From the NCBI GenBank assembly GCA_030867685.1, contig JAQOWU010000007.1, positions 1,240,001-1,304,000 of the forward strand: a stretch of DNA of 64,000 nucleotides, written 5' to 3'. The notes under the pieces are model-generated. The model worked only from the letters and a program-made list of their open reading frames with translations, was not told the origin of the DNA and did no database searches. Source of the stretch: Wickerhamiella versatilis. Lineage: Eukaryota. Shown here piece after piece: positions 32,260 to 43,070 of the stretch; the stretch's first letter is position 1; each line of letters opens with the position of its first letter. The position numbers and the translations under genes were made by a program.

Positions 32260-33840
32260 ATGGATTCATGGGACGAGCCTCAACCTGCAAGCCCTTCACC
32301 GGTGGGTTCAGGTGAAAGGACGCTGGAATCGTTACCTCCAGATCTAGAGAATAATAGTTGTGGGTCAGAGCAGGAGGATAAGCGTCAAAAGCTCACCATC
32401 AAGCTGCGAACTAATTTATTCTCAGAACTGGCGAAACCTAGTGATGTTAGACAGGTGAATGGCATACAGACAGAGAAGAAGAAAAAATCAGAACCCTCAA
32501 AGCGAAGGAAGGTTGATCTTAAAGTCAACTCGACCAAGCCGGCACGACGACAGTCTCTGAGGCAACATGCACCAGTCACTTATTTTCCTGAATTGGAGGA
32601 AGAAAATGATGCTCCTAAATCTCAACCGGAGACAAATAATGTTAAAAAACCTTTGAAGGTCGCTGAGACTCGCAAGAAGGCATCATCTAAGAAAGAAGAG
32701 CGAGAAAATAATGATTGGTGCGCCGCATGTGGTGATACTGGTGAAATTCTATGCTGCGAGAATTGTCCGCGCTCTTTTCATTTTACGTGTCTTGAGCCTC
32801 CGCTCGCTATGGAAGATATAAGTGATGATGAACCCTGGCTTTGCCGAGTATGTGAGGGCCGGCACAAATCTTCTAAGAGAAGTCCAGCGATCTTCCGGGG
32901 TTTGTTTGGAGAACTTGAGAACTTACTTTCCAAACGTAATAGTACATGCTTTCAATTACCTCGAGGTCTCAAAGACCGGTATGAGGGAGCAAAAAGTGAT
33001 GGACTAGGCGAGTTTCAACCAGATAAGCCGAGGGCGGAGGAACATGACCCTTGGCGGCTATTTGATAAGAATGGTGATCCAATTCAGTGCTTTAAATGCG
33101 GTCTAAGTGCGTTGCATGGACCTTTACTGACCTGCGAACTCTGTGACGTACATTGGCATTTGGACTGCGTCTTTGGAATAGAATTGGGACCTCAGGTCCC
33201 ACTTCCGGCTCGATGGACATGCCCCAATCATGTCACAGAATTAATTAAGAGTGCTCCTCTTATTTCAAGGACTCGCCTAACCCGGCCTTTTCGTAAACCT
33301 CAGCTAGTGACCCCATCCCTGACCCGTGGTGTGTCAAATGATGGATATATTGAGGTCGCTGAATCCGAAGAAGAGGAGGATATTGAGGAGCATGTACGTG
33401 ATGTCCCTTTTATTGTTCCCACTGCTTTCGATAGAAATGGGGTTGTCGTTGCAAATGGTAAACCAAGCCATTTTGCAAAGGTAGATCCTGAACAAACTAT
33501 CTACAAGCTACCTTCTCGTGCAATTAAACTGGACTTTATTGACGTCATAAAAATGCGTTGGCAGCAAGACCCTTGGAAGGAGACACCAACATCCGATCTT
33601 TTAACGGCATTTGATGAAATCCGTGATGCTCCGGCAAGTGAAGCGGATAAAGATACTGCTGTTGATTTAATGAAATTGAAACTTCAAGGCCCTGATGTCA
33701 GTTCTGCAATGGCAAGAGAGAACATGAACAAGCTTGTCGATGCCGCCTTAGGTGAAGACGAAAAAGAAAATATTGCCGCGATAAAACGAATGATGGAAAT
33801 TAAGGGGCGCGCAAGGCTTCTCGATTTCCTTAAGAACTGA
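32260..33840 (+). CDS. RCO1: Rpd3S subunit Rco1, two PHD fingers
   Basis: NNDWCAACGDTGEILCCENCPRSFHFTC; second PHD CFKC...CELC...WHLDC...WTCPNH; ATG 32260. Confidence 0.85.
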   Translation: MDSWDEPQPASPSPVGSGERTLESLPPDLENNSCGSEQEDKRQKLTIKLRTNLFSELAKPSDVRQVNGIQTEKKKKSEPSKRRKVDLKVNSTKPARRQSLRQHAPVTYFPELEEENDAPKSQPETNNVKKPLKVAETRKKASSKKEERENNDWCAACGDTGEILCCENCPRSFHFTCLEPPLAMEDISDDEPWLCRVCEGRHKSSKRSPAIFRGLFGELENLLSKRNSTCFQLPRGLKDRYEGAKSDGLGEFQPDKPRAEEHDPWRLFDKNGDPIQCFKCGLSALHGPLLTCELCDVHWHLDCVFGIELGPQVPLPARWTCPNHVTELIKSAPLISRTRLTRPFRKPQLVTPSLTRGVSNDGYIEVAESEEEEDIEEHVRDVPFIVPTAFDRNGVVVANGKPSHFAKVDPEQTIYKLPSRAIKLDFIDVIKMRWQQDPWKETPTSDLLTAFDEIRDAPASEADKDTAVDLMKLKLQGPDVSSAMARENMNKLVDAALGEDEKENIAAIKRMMEIKGRARLLDFLKN

Positions 33841-34227
33841 TACATATACATACACATATGTGTGAATCTATTTGCTCATGTTCCTTGTTGAAAGGATTGC
33901 AGTACTATGTTGCAAAAGAAGTCTGTGACATACATTTCAGGTAACTTGGGCAACCAGAAGCGTATTACAGAGTGCTGAGGGCTTTTGTTATAATTAGATG
34001 TGAATAAATTTATCTTAGAATTCTACAGAAATTCTATTCTCTCCTTTCTTCGAATTGATAAATCCAATTGCGCGGTCGCACTTCTGGAAGTGCCTAATAC
34101 TTGGGGGAAATAATGAGCCTATTATTATTACTTATTTCATTATTTGCTTCAATTGTTGTTGGTATCTGAAGGTTCTAGTAACACCACATTATGCAAAAAA
34201 GCCGGGGTGTTACTGCCCAGCCAGAGA

Positions 34228-35265
34228 TTATGCCTGGACAAGGGAGGAGCGAGGCGACCTCATCACATAAACGTTATTTCGTGCTCCAAGATGACCTTTT
34301 TGCGCGGCTTTTTCAAACCATTTTAAGGCTAAAGATTGATCTTGGGCTAATTTTGATTCTCGACCGGTTAAGTACAAGCAACCAATGTTGAATTCTGCCT
34401 CCGGATTATTTCCTGAACCCGAGGCCCTTTCATAATAATTTACTGCCTTTTTGTAATGTCTTGAAGTTCCAATTCCTTCTGCATAAGCTTTTCCCATGTT
34501 GAAACAAGCTTGTGACAAGCCTTGTCGAGCTGCATAGCGATAAAATGGCAGAGCTAGTCGAAGGCTCTTCCGGACTCCGTTTTTCCCTTCCGCATAAAGA
34601 ACACCAAGGTTGTTCATGGAATTAGCATCCCCTAGCTCTGCAGCGCGAGAAAGAAATCTTACTGCTAATGCAGGATTGGGTTCTATTCCGGTCAAGTTGT
34701 CGAGATAGAGTAAAGCCAAATTATAAAGTGCTGGCACGTAGTCTTGTTTTGCGGCTGCATTGATCCAGTTAATTCCTTTGAAAGGATCTGGTGTAACCCC
34801 CATTCCCAAAAGATAACTTATGCCTAGGTGGTACTGAGCATACGCGTCGCCCAACTCTCCTGCACGTTGGAACCATTGCACTGCCTTGATGTAGTTACGC
34901 TCTACACCAACTGAGTACATGAACATATATCCTAATTGGCACATAGCAGACGTGATACCACTACTTGCTGCTCGAACCAGGCATAACTGTGCCTTTCTCC
35001 AGTCAGGGACAACGCCTTGGCCATGTAAGTACATAGTACCTAAATTGTACCAGCCCTCAGGCTTCCCATTGCGCCCTGCCTTCTCATAGTAGTAACAAGC
35101 CTTAGTCCAATCTTGACGCCTGTACGCTTTAAACCCTTCGTCCAACCATTCTTTTACAGGATCTCGATCTTGATCTCGACCTCCATCTCTTAACTCATCA
35201 CCGTTAGAGCCATCTGCTCTTTTCTCACGAGTGATTATTTCCACCAGAAATTTTTTAAGTTGCAT
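34228..35265 (-). CDS. Sel1-like repeat (SLR) protein, about 8 repeats
   Basis: Repeated A..G...A.YNLG.MY..G.GV units throughout. Confidence 0.85.
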   Translation of the reverse strand: MQLKKFLVEIITREKRADGSNGDELRDGGRDQDRDPVKEWLDEGFKAYRRQDWTKACYYYEKAGRNGKPEGWYNLGTMYLHGQGVVPDWRKAQLCLVRAASSGITSAMCQLGYMFMYSVGVERNYIKAVQWFQRAGELGDAYAQYHLGISYLLGMGVTPDPFKGINWINAAAKQDYVPALYNLALLYLDNLTGIEPNPALAVRFLSRAAELGDANSMNNLGVLYAEGKNGVRKSLRLALPFYRYAARQGLSQACFNMGKAYAEGIGTSRHYKKAVNYYERASGSGNNPEAEFNIGCLYLTGRESKLAQDQSLALKWFEKAAQKGHLGARNNVYVMRSPRSSLVQA

Positions 35266-35498
35266 ATAAGTTAATGCGCCTGTGGTATCTCGAATTGATA
35301 ATTTCTCATTGGGATCATAGTAGTATACGCTGGTGAGACAGCCATTACGGCTTTGACCTAGCCGTTGTCTGAGTAACGCACTCGGAAAACAAGGAACCGA
35401 AGAAATAATTACTTGAAGACCGGGAATGATTCTTGAAACCAGTATTATCTAGAAAACATAGTCTGGCAAATGCTAGTTTAAAATTACATCGGGGTATA

Positions 35499-36098
35499 TC
35501 ACAAAAGGGCCGCCACAGCCATGGCAGCAACAGCAGCACTGGCAAATCCTACACGAAGAGCCGAGCCGCCATTAGCGGTAGCAGGCACAGGTGCACTGCT
35601 GACAGCGGCTGAAGTTTCAACTTCAGGTGCAGCAGATGTTGAAGACGGCGCAGAGGTGCTGGTCGTAACAACGCTTGACGTAAGTACACTATCGGAGGTA
35701 GAGTAGGTAGCTGCAGCAGAGGACGTAGTTGGTACTGCAGCAGAGGAGGTGGTTGGTGCTGCAGAAGAGACTGCGCTACTAGAAGTAGACACGGCTACAG
35801 AGGAGATAGTGCTGCTGGAAGTTGGTGCAGCCGACGAAGTGGAGGTTGCTGCAGAGGCACCAACATCCTTAGCAATAGAGCTAGCTGCGCTTTTGGCGGC
35901 GTCTACATCGCCGCTGGGGCAGGTATTGCCGAAACAATCGGAAAGATCCGAGAACTGCTTGGAGAAAATGCACTGAGTTTCTCCGAGGTTACTGCATGTA
36001 TTGCTCGAAGATGCGTGTACTTCATAAACACATTTCAGGAGACATGCTGGAACAGTGGCAGCTGCGTTGCCAAGCAAGGCCAAAGAGAGAACTTTCAT
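35499..36098 (-). CDS. CCW14: GPI-anchored CFEM cell-wall protein, Ccw14-like
   Basis: Signal peptide MKVLSLALL, VPACLLKCV CFEM start, Ser/Thr/Ala stalk, ANGG omega site and hydrophobic tail; ATG 36098. Confidence 0.75.
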   Translation of the reverse strand: MKVLSLALLGNAAATVPACLLKCVYEVHASSSNTCSNLGETQCIFSKQFSDLSDCFGNTCPSGDVDAAKSAASSIAKDVGASAATSTSSAAPTSSSTISSVAVSTSSSAVSSAAPTTSSAAVPTTSSAAATYSTSDSVLTSSVVTTSTSAPSSTSAAPEVETSAAVSSAPVPATANGGSALRVGFASAAVAAMAVAALL

Positions 36099-36435
36099 TG
36101 TTTTGTTTTCGTTGGATGGAGGAATGGCCTTAGTAAGACTTTTCACGAGTCACGATCTATAATTAGGCCCTTTTACCCCAACCCGGTTAAAAAAATATAT
36201 ATCCCCTGCTTTCTGTTTTAAAAGTTCTGAACCTTATTTATTGCGGTAAATTGATTGCAGTGAACTCTCTTAGGAGATTGTATCTTGTATTATATGGAGT
36301 AATGTAGGCAGTGGTATGATACAAATGTCTTGTTTTCCAAGGTATTTGCAGAGAGTTTCGCACTCATAGGTTACATTATAGCATAAATCGCGTCATATCA
36401 AGTATTGAATTCCCTCTGTTCCTAGTTTTGGCCTC

Positions 36436-36906
36436 CTAGTCAGTATTCGAGAGGTTTTGTAAGCGCCTATGCTTCGCCAGTCTCTGTTCGACTAACGCTA
36501 AAGAACCATTTTCCATTGCCAGCTGCCTGATCCATTGCGCGCATAAAGTAACGTTCCTTAGAGTTAACGAGTCGAATTCCTGAAAGAGTAGCTCTCTGGG
36601 GATAGGCTCGCGTATAGGCTTGATAAAAGGTATTTCAAACCCGGATGCTGTTTCAATTCTCTCAACAAAGAGCAACATACGTTCGTAGTTAGCCTTAACA
36701 ATCTGTGTTTCTACCTCGTCAAGGCCAGGTGGTGCTTCAGGCTCCCATGATGCAAGTAACGCGTTTAGTAGTTCTTTATCGCCCAGTTGGTAGAAGTGGG
36801 CATCAACGGCTCGTCTCAAGTCATCGACTTGCTCTATGAGGCTTTGTGCTTCCGAGGATTGGCTCACCTGCTCGAGATACTCAACACGAGTGGATAGATT
36901 ATCCAT
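36436..36906 (-). CDS. Probable dynactin p24/p22 subunit (Ro10/Ldb18-like)
   Basis: N-terminal LSTRVEYLEQV; C-terminal LTLRNVTLCAQW...VEQRL resembles fungal Ro10; ATG 36906. Confidence 0.5.
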   Translation of the reverse strand: MDNLSTRVEYLEQVSQSSEAQSLIEQVDDLRRAVDAHFYQLGDKELLNALLASWEPEAPPGLDEVETQIVKANYERMLLFVERIETASGFEIPFIKPIREPIPRELLFQEFDSLTLRNVTLCAQWIRQLAMENGSLALVEQRLAKHRRLQNLSNTD

Positions 36907-37033
36907 TCCACAAAAGGAAGGATTACTCAACTCGTACAGAATTGATAGTACCTGCTCAATTGAGCCGAGGATCACCTCAGCATAATGAAGATATAAAGAG
37001 TCAGTAAATGCAGCCGGTCAAGAATCATCGACG

Positions 37034-37615
37034 ATGTTGACTCTTCAGACGCTCATTGCTCTTCTTACAGTCTTTGTGAGCGTCATTGCCTCGAATGCCC
37101 AATGCATCGTTAATGACCTCGGCGATGTTAAGCTCAAACTCTGCCGGGTAAAGGCAAATGTTGATAGTTTTCACTCTCATATTATTGGTGACGCTGTACC
37201 TCTTGGTCATTTACAACGTCGTGTTAACGAATTGGAGCGTAGCATGCGTAGAACTATTGATGATCTCGATTGCCAGTGTGGTGTGTTCTCGGCAGAAGAT
37301 ACCCAAGACGTCCTCGCAAGCTTTGAAGAAATCAAGAAGCCAGTAGCTGATACTCTTGAGTCGATAAACTGCAAGAAGCCCCAGTTCGACCACACTATAT
37401 TTGGAATTTCCGCTTCGGGAGTTGTTCGCAGTGATGTCAAGAGTATCAAGTATAATTTGGATGAGTTCTTCTGCACACTCAAGAAGAAAGTGGAAAAGAG
37501 CTACATTCCAATTATCACAGACTCTCAAACTGAAGCAGACAAGGCGTTCTGCCGGACATTGGCAATCTATTCAAAGTCATGCAATAATGATTGCTGTGGC
37601 TGCTGCTGTTGCTAG
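37034..37615 (+). CDS. Secreted HsbA/cell-wall mannoprotein-1-like helical protein with Cys-rich tail
   Basis: Signal peptide; amphipathic helices, KKPQF and ADKAFCRTLAIYS typical of HsbA; TATAAA at ~36992. Confidence 0.65.
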   Translation: MLTLQTLIALLTVFVSVIASNAQCIVNDLGDVKLKLCRVKANVDSFHSHIIGDAVPLGHLQRRVNELERSMRRTIDDLDCQCGVFSAEDTQDVLASFEEIKKPVADTLESINCKKPQFDHTIFGISASGVVRSDVKSIKYNLDEFFCTLKKKVEKSYIPIITDSQTEADKAFCRTLAIYSKSCNNDCCGCCCC

Positions 37616-37842
37616 ACTCATTGACCTCCTAAGTAAGTAAACGTAACTAGGTCATTGAGCTAATGCAGTATTTACTAGTATATCTAGAAGACCAGAGAAG
37701 AATAAATTGATATTCCACCTTTCTTTTCAAAGAAACTATAACTTAAATATGGGCTCCATTACGCTAGGGGTTTCTAGAGATTCCTTCTAGTCTGAAAGAT
37801 TCGGTCGATTGATTTCGATTACTAATCATTTTTTCTCTTATC

Positions 37843-39228
37843 ATGCCAGAACAGAAACTTTGGGGAGGCCGTTTCACCGGTGGAACGGATCCATTGATGG
37901 ACCTGTACAACGCAAGTCTTCCGTATGATAAAAAAATGTATGCTGCTGACCTTGAGGGTACTCGTGTTTACACGCAGGCCTTAGCTAAAGTAGGTCTCCT
38001 AACTCCTGAGGAGCTATCGGCTATCCATGACGGCCTTGTACAAATTAAAGAGGAATGGGCGGAAGGAACCTTCGTTGAAAAGCCGGGTGATGAGGACATT
38101 CATACGGCGAATGAGCGTCGTCTTGGTGAGATTATTGGTCGTGGTATCGCCGGCAAAGTACATACGGGTAGGTCCCGCAACGACCAAGTAGTTACCGACA
38201 TGCGGCTATATGTCAGAGACCAGCTACACCACCTTCGTAAAATACTGGGAGATCTAATTCTCACAATGGTGAAACGAGCGCGTTTAGAAATCGATGTCTT
38301 GATGCCGGGGTACACACACCTTCAGCGTGCGCAACCTATTAGGTGGTCACATTGGATCTCGCAACACGCAACGTTTCTCTCTCAAGATCTTCAACGACTG
38401 GAATCGCTTACCCACAGAGTCAACCAAAGTCCATTGGGAGCCGGTGCGTTGGCAGGTCATCCTTATGGCATTGACAGAGAATTTCTAGCTGAGAATCTAG
38501 GCTTTGAAAGTGTTATTGGAAATTCCTTAGCAGCAGTGAGTGATCGTGACTTCGTGATTGAGGTCTTATTCTGGTCATCATTGGTGGGAAGCCACCTGGC
38601 AAAATTTAGTGAGGATCTTATTATCTATTCGACAGCTGAGTTCGGTTTTGTGCAACTGGCAGATGCCTATTCTACTGGGTCCTCCCTCATGCCGCAAAAG
38701 AAAAATCCCGATAGCTTGGAGTTGTTGCGTGGCAAGTCAGGCCGATTGATAGGTGCTCTAACTGGTTTCATGGTTTCCTCGAAGGCTACACCATCCACGT
38801 ATAATAAGGATCTTCAAGAGGATAAGGAGCCACTATTTGACTCTTTGACCACAATTGAACACTCCCTATTGATTGCCACAGGTGTGATTTCAACCCTTAC
38901 TATACACCCCGAAAAGATGTATTCTGCACTTACTATGGATATGCTGGCAACAGATCTTGCGGACTATCTGGTGCGCAAAGGGGTGTCTTTCCGCGAGACT
39001 CATAACATCAGTGGACAATGTGTCGCGTTTGCTGAGTCGAACAAACTCTCGGGGATCGATAAGATCACTCCGGAGCAATACCGTACGATTGATTCAAGGT
39101 TTGATGACGACGTTAAATCTGTATTTGATTTCGAAAAGAGTGTGGAACGTCGGATTTCAACCGGTGGTACTGCGAAGCAGGCTGTACTCAATCAACTCGA
39201 TGCTCTTGAGAAGCTAGCATCCAAGTAA
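37843..39228 (+). CDS. ARG4: Argininosuccinate lyase
   Basis: [38 protein letters not shown]. Confidence 0.99.
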   Translation: MPEQKLWGGRFTGGTDPLMDLYNASLPYDKKMYAADLEGTRVYTQALAKVGLLTPEELSAIHDGLVQIKEEWAEGTFVEKPGDEDIHTANERRLGEIIGRGIAGKVHTGRSRNDQVVTDMRLYVRDQLHHLRKILGDLILTMVKRARLEIDVLMPGYTHLQRAQPIRWSHWISQHATFLSQDLQRLESLTHRVNQSPLGAGALAGHPYGIDREFLAENLGFESVIGNSLAAVSDRDFVIEVLFWSSLVGSHLAKFSEDLIIYSTAEFGFVQLADAYSTGSSLMPQKKNPDSLELLRGKSGRLIGALTGFMVSSKATPSTYNKDLQEDKEPLFDSLTTIEHSLLIATGVISTLTIHPEKMYSALTMDMLATDLADYLVRKGVSFRETHNISGQCVAFAESNKLSGIDKITPEQYRTIDSRFDDDVKSVFDFEKSVERRISTGGTAKQAVLNQLDALEKLASK

Positions 39229-40273
39229 ACCTTAAAGTAGAGAGATAAATCTTAGGATTGTTTGTTTACTGTGAGAATTGGTAGATGGCTCTGTGAGAGA
39301 AAAGTTTCAAAAGTCCTAGGCCAGGTTGCAAGATAAATAACACCCTTTCAAATCCATTATGATAAATTGCTGAAATACTCACATCTGGGATGAGGCAGTG
39401 ATATTTCATTGTCTCAGCTTATATAGCATGAGGCTCAAAAGGAAGGTAACGATTATCTTCTTTTGACGGTTGATGTAAAAACAGAAAAACATAGGATTTC
39501 ATGTGTAACTAGTCGCTAAACTGAAAAGACCATATAAAGCATATCAAGTCACAAGCTACCTTGCAAAGGATTCACATTTTCCCACTACACATGATATTAA
39601 TATGATTAAAATGTATATAATCTTTAAGTAGGTCGAGTGAATGATATCTTTGCTGGATTTCCAATGAACAATGCCGATGACCTAAATATACATATGCCAA
39701 ATTGCATGCATAGAATTCGCACAAGACCATATAGACTAAACTAATTGCTAAGGAGCATAAAGAAATATTGGCTTGTTCCTTGTTTCTGTCTTGTGTAATT
39801 TAGTTGTTCAGTACCTAACGTTTGAAAAACAAAATGCGAAACCTTCCGGTATGTAACTGGTATTTTCACTTCCAAATAGGATGTCTAAATATTATTATAC
39901 TATTGGTTTTTATAAAAACATGCTTCCCCCGAAACTTGTTGGTACCGAATTATAATTATTTATTATCCAACCAGCCTCAGGTAGTGAAGTGGGCTATCTA
40001 TAACAACCGGACATCATCGGATGACTCAATGATCAGTCAGAATTATAAGTCTAGATCGATCTTCTTGATACCGAGAGATTTAAATCTGCATCATTGGAGA
40101 CGTTGTCAAGGTGAGAGCAACCACCTTCAGCAACCGTCGATTAGGGGTCCATACTTGAAAGATAAAGTGCTTAATTACATTGAAAATTTCGTTTTACATG
40201 GGAGGGGTCGTATTGCGGGGTCCGTCCCTTTAAAACCTGGGCAAGGGTAGATCACTAAAACCGGGTCTATGGA

Positions 40274-40314
40274 CCAATAACGTTGGACCTAATTGAAAAA
40301 AGATCTTCACGTGA
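40274..40314 (+). promoter_or_regulatory. CCAAT-N12-AAT (CBC/HapX-type) and TCACGTGA upstream of the iron GATA repressor
   Basis: CCAAT 40274-78, AAT 40291-93, TCACGTGA 40307-14. Confidence 0.4.
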
Positions 40315-40393
40315 CCTGGAGACCGTATAGATTACTTATTGTCAGAAGATCAAATATAGAAATTCTCTCACCAGCAAGGCCTAGGTTGAGAGG

Positions 40394-42079
40394 ATGTCAG
40401 AGAAGGAAGATGGAAAGATAACGCGAATCCAGCCTCCTGTTCAACCGCCTGCTGCAGATCTTAGCGCTTCCAATGTGACACCAGATAAATCCTCCTCCGT
40501 ACCCGAAAGGCCGTTGCTACATACGAATTCGTCGCCCTCAGCGGAGAAAGTTGACAACAATGAGGAGAATATGTCTGAGCCAGCTAGTACAGCCAGTACT
40601 CCACCTGGTGAAATGCTGCCGAACCACAAGGGTCAGCAGATATGTGCAAATTGCGGCACATCATCGACCCCTCTCTGGCGAAGAGGTAAGCGTGGTGAGG
40701 TGGTATGTAATGCGTGCGGTCTATACTTGCGCGCGAGAAATGTAAACCGACCAGTGAACTTCAAGCAGGCACCTAATACTCGGATAGTGCAAGTATTGCA
40801 ATCTTCTCCCAGTGCAAGTGAAGAAAATGTGGGTGAAGAACAAAAAGAAAACCCTGCAGATAAAGCCCAGAAAGATAAGGCAGAGCAAGCACTTGTGCTC
40901 GGAAGTTGTCCAGGAAAAGGTGATTGTAACGGCATGGGCGGCTCAGAGGGCTGCCAAAATTGTTTGTCTTACCATAATGCACACCAGAGGATGCAGCGTC
41001 AAAATGCAAAGGCACACGAACTAGAGATGATTAGTTGTCAAAATTGTGGTACCGTGACGACGCCACTTTGGCGACGTGACGAGAATGGATTTACCATTTG
41101 CAATGCGTGTGGCCTCTATAAACGCATCCATAATAAACACAGGCCAGTATATCGGTCAGAAAATACAATCAAGCGACGTAAAAGGAATAGCACAGGATCG
41201 TATATGTCGTCAGGTGAACAGTCTCCAAACTTACAAGGAAATCGCCAAACTCAGGGTGATACACAGGAAGCTGTTGCAGTCGATCATAAACCGAACCCAG
41301 AACATACTCCTCTCCCCCCTGTTTTGCCTCCCTTGGCAAGCCAGCCTCAAAGAGCACATGCGCCTGTCGTATCTCATGGGATGGTTACCCCATTGTTCTA
41401 CGGACAGTCACAATATCCGGGGTTTCAGTATCCAATGGTTTATCCCCAATATATGGGATCACCATCAGGTCCACAACCGGCCCAGGGACAACCACAGGGA
41501 GCACAATTGCAGGTTCAGCCACAAGTAACACCACCGCTAGAGCAAGTGCGAGCGCAAGCCCCGAACGGAATTCAGGGCTATCCGCAGCCACAAATGCCGA
41601 CACAAGTGCCACCACAAATACCGCCGCAATATCAACCGCAACCGCCTCAAATGCATATAGAACAGACCAGCTCTACAGCAAACCAAAACGCTAGTACTCA
41701 AACAGGCTCGGAAAAAGAATCCTCACCCAAGCATTCACTAGCTTCGTCAGTAGCAGTGACTTCAGAAAATAATGCAAGCATACGTTCGATAGAGTCGACA
41801 AGGTCCACCGCCCCCCCAGTTGCCGTGGATTATACACATAGTATGAAGAAAACTAATGAACAATCAGGAGGCGGCGAGTTGAGACACATTGTTGCCGAAC
41901 AAAGTTCACCTTTGGAGGTTTTACAGTATCTTGCTGGTGCATCGAACGATACTATCAAAGAATTTTTGTTGGCAGCTCGCCGGCAGTGTCAAGATAAAGT
42001 TGAGCATTATCAACGGGAGGCCCGGCTTGCTCAACGCAATCTGGAGCAATGTGAGGAAAGACTCAAAGCATATGAATAA
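40394..42079 (+). CDS. SFU1: Iron-responsive GATA repressor (Sfu1/SreA/Fep1 type)
   Basis: Two C-x2-C-x17-C-x2-C GATA fingers flanking Cys-rich CPGKGDCNGMGGSEGCQNC; C-terminal coiled coil. Confidence 0.9.
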   Translation: MSEKEDGKITRIQPPVQPPAADLSASNVTPDKSSSVPERPLLHTNSSPSAEKVDNNEENMSEPASTASTPPGEMLPNHKGQQICANCGTSSTPLWRRGKRGEVVCNACGLYLRARNVNRPVNFKQAPNTRIVQVLQSSPSASEENVGEEQKENPADKAQKDKAEQALVLGSCPGKGDCNGMGGSEGCQNCLSYHNAHQRMQRQNAKAHELEMISCQNCGTVTTPLWRRDENGFTICNACGLYKRIHNKHRPVYRSENTIKRRKRNSTGSYMSSGEQSPNLQGNRQTQGDTQEAVAVDHKPNPEHTPLPPVLPPLASQPQRAHAPVVSHGMVTPLFYGQSQYPGFQYPMVYPQYMGSPSGPQPAQGQPQGAQLQVQPQVTPPLEQVRAQAPNGIQGYPQPQMPTQVPPQIPPQYQPQPPQMHIEQTSSTANQNASTQTGSEKESSPKHSLASSVAVTSENNASIRSIESTRSTAPPVAVDYTHSMKKTNEQSGGGELRHIVAEQSSPLEVLQYLAGASNDTIKEFLLAARRQCQDKVEHYQREARLAQRNLEQCEERLKAYE

Positions 42080-42242
42080 TTTAAAGCATTTTGTGAATGC
42101 GAGAAGGGATCTCCGAGAGAATTAAGCTTAATTTACCTAGTGCATCAATAAGTTGAATATATGTGATTAAGATGATGATCACCGGCTACGCTGTGGTATA
42201 AGTGATTAAATGAAAATAATTGACGCTAAACTGAGCCAGCAG

Positions 42243-42926
42243 TTAGCGAGATGGCATAAATATTGAGGAAACTTTCCTTCTCTTCGAGGGAGGCGGTCGT
42301 TGCGGAGTCACCGGTGACGACGAGTGGACAGTGCGGGTTGGGCTGCCCTGACGTGAGCCTACCGCAACTGGAACTGGCCGTGGTGGCTTCGTATTACGCG
42401 ATTGATGCAGTGAAAGTGCTGGTGGAGGTCTTCGCATGTTCGAAGATCGCATTTGTCTCGCTACCTGCTGCATTGTTTTTGATCGGTAGCTTGAAACTGA
42501 GCTGTTTAGAGGCATATCATGCCGAGCCCGTGCTGGCACTTCTGCAAGAGCAACGACGGTGGAAGCCTCCTTCTGGGCTTCGTATTGACGCTGATTAGCC
42601 CGCAATCTTTCACGTGCTGCGACCATCTGCGTCTCTTTATCCTGACAGAGTGTATAATATGCATTACGATAAGGCGGTGGCGGTAAAGCACGTTCAGGGA
42701 ACTCGCGCTGAATTAATAGGCGCCACAAATCATCGCTGTGTTCACGAACACTAGGACACCGGGATTCTATCTCGGCAAGTTGGCGCCCATTGAGACGTCG
42801 TAAAATGGGCTCCACAATTTCATAACGGGCACATCCTATGTCGACTATATTGCTGGCCAAACGGATGCACTGCCGCTGTGCCAACTGCTTCAGACTGGGT
42901 GGCATCTGCCGCTCAGAAGAATGCAT
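42243..42926 (-). CDS. ELA1: Elongin A
   Basis: BC-box PSLKQLAQRQC, DIG, QLAEIESRCP, LWRLLIQREF. Confidence 0.85.
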   Translation of the reverse strand: MHSSERQMPPSLKQLAQRQCIRLASNIVDIGCARYEIVEPILRRLNGRQLAEIESRCPSVREHSDDLWRLLIQREFPERALPPPPYRNAYYTLCQDKETQMVAARERLRANQRQYEAQKEASTVVALAEVPARARHDMPLNSSVSSYRSKTMQQVARQMRSSNMRRPPPALSLHQSRNTKPPRPVPVAVGSRQGSPTRTVHSSSPVTPQRPPPSKRRKVSSIFMPSR

Positions 42927-43070
42927 TTGTTAAGTCAGCACGCACAAATGGCTTTTGCTCCTAGGCCTCGATAAAAACCACTGGTCTTCTTGTTATTGCC
43001 CTCTGTGGTCAATTGAAGAACTACTACAAAAAAATCTCTGCTAAAAATTCTATTAAATAATTATTCCGAG

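Noticed and set aside
39822-40250. 142-aa ORF upstream of SFU1
   Set aside because: TTG start, AT-rich, no recognisable motifs; probably promoter DNA
42172-42234. Second ATGATGA...CTGA pair between SFU1 and ELA1
   Set aside because: Very short and no recognisable guide
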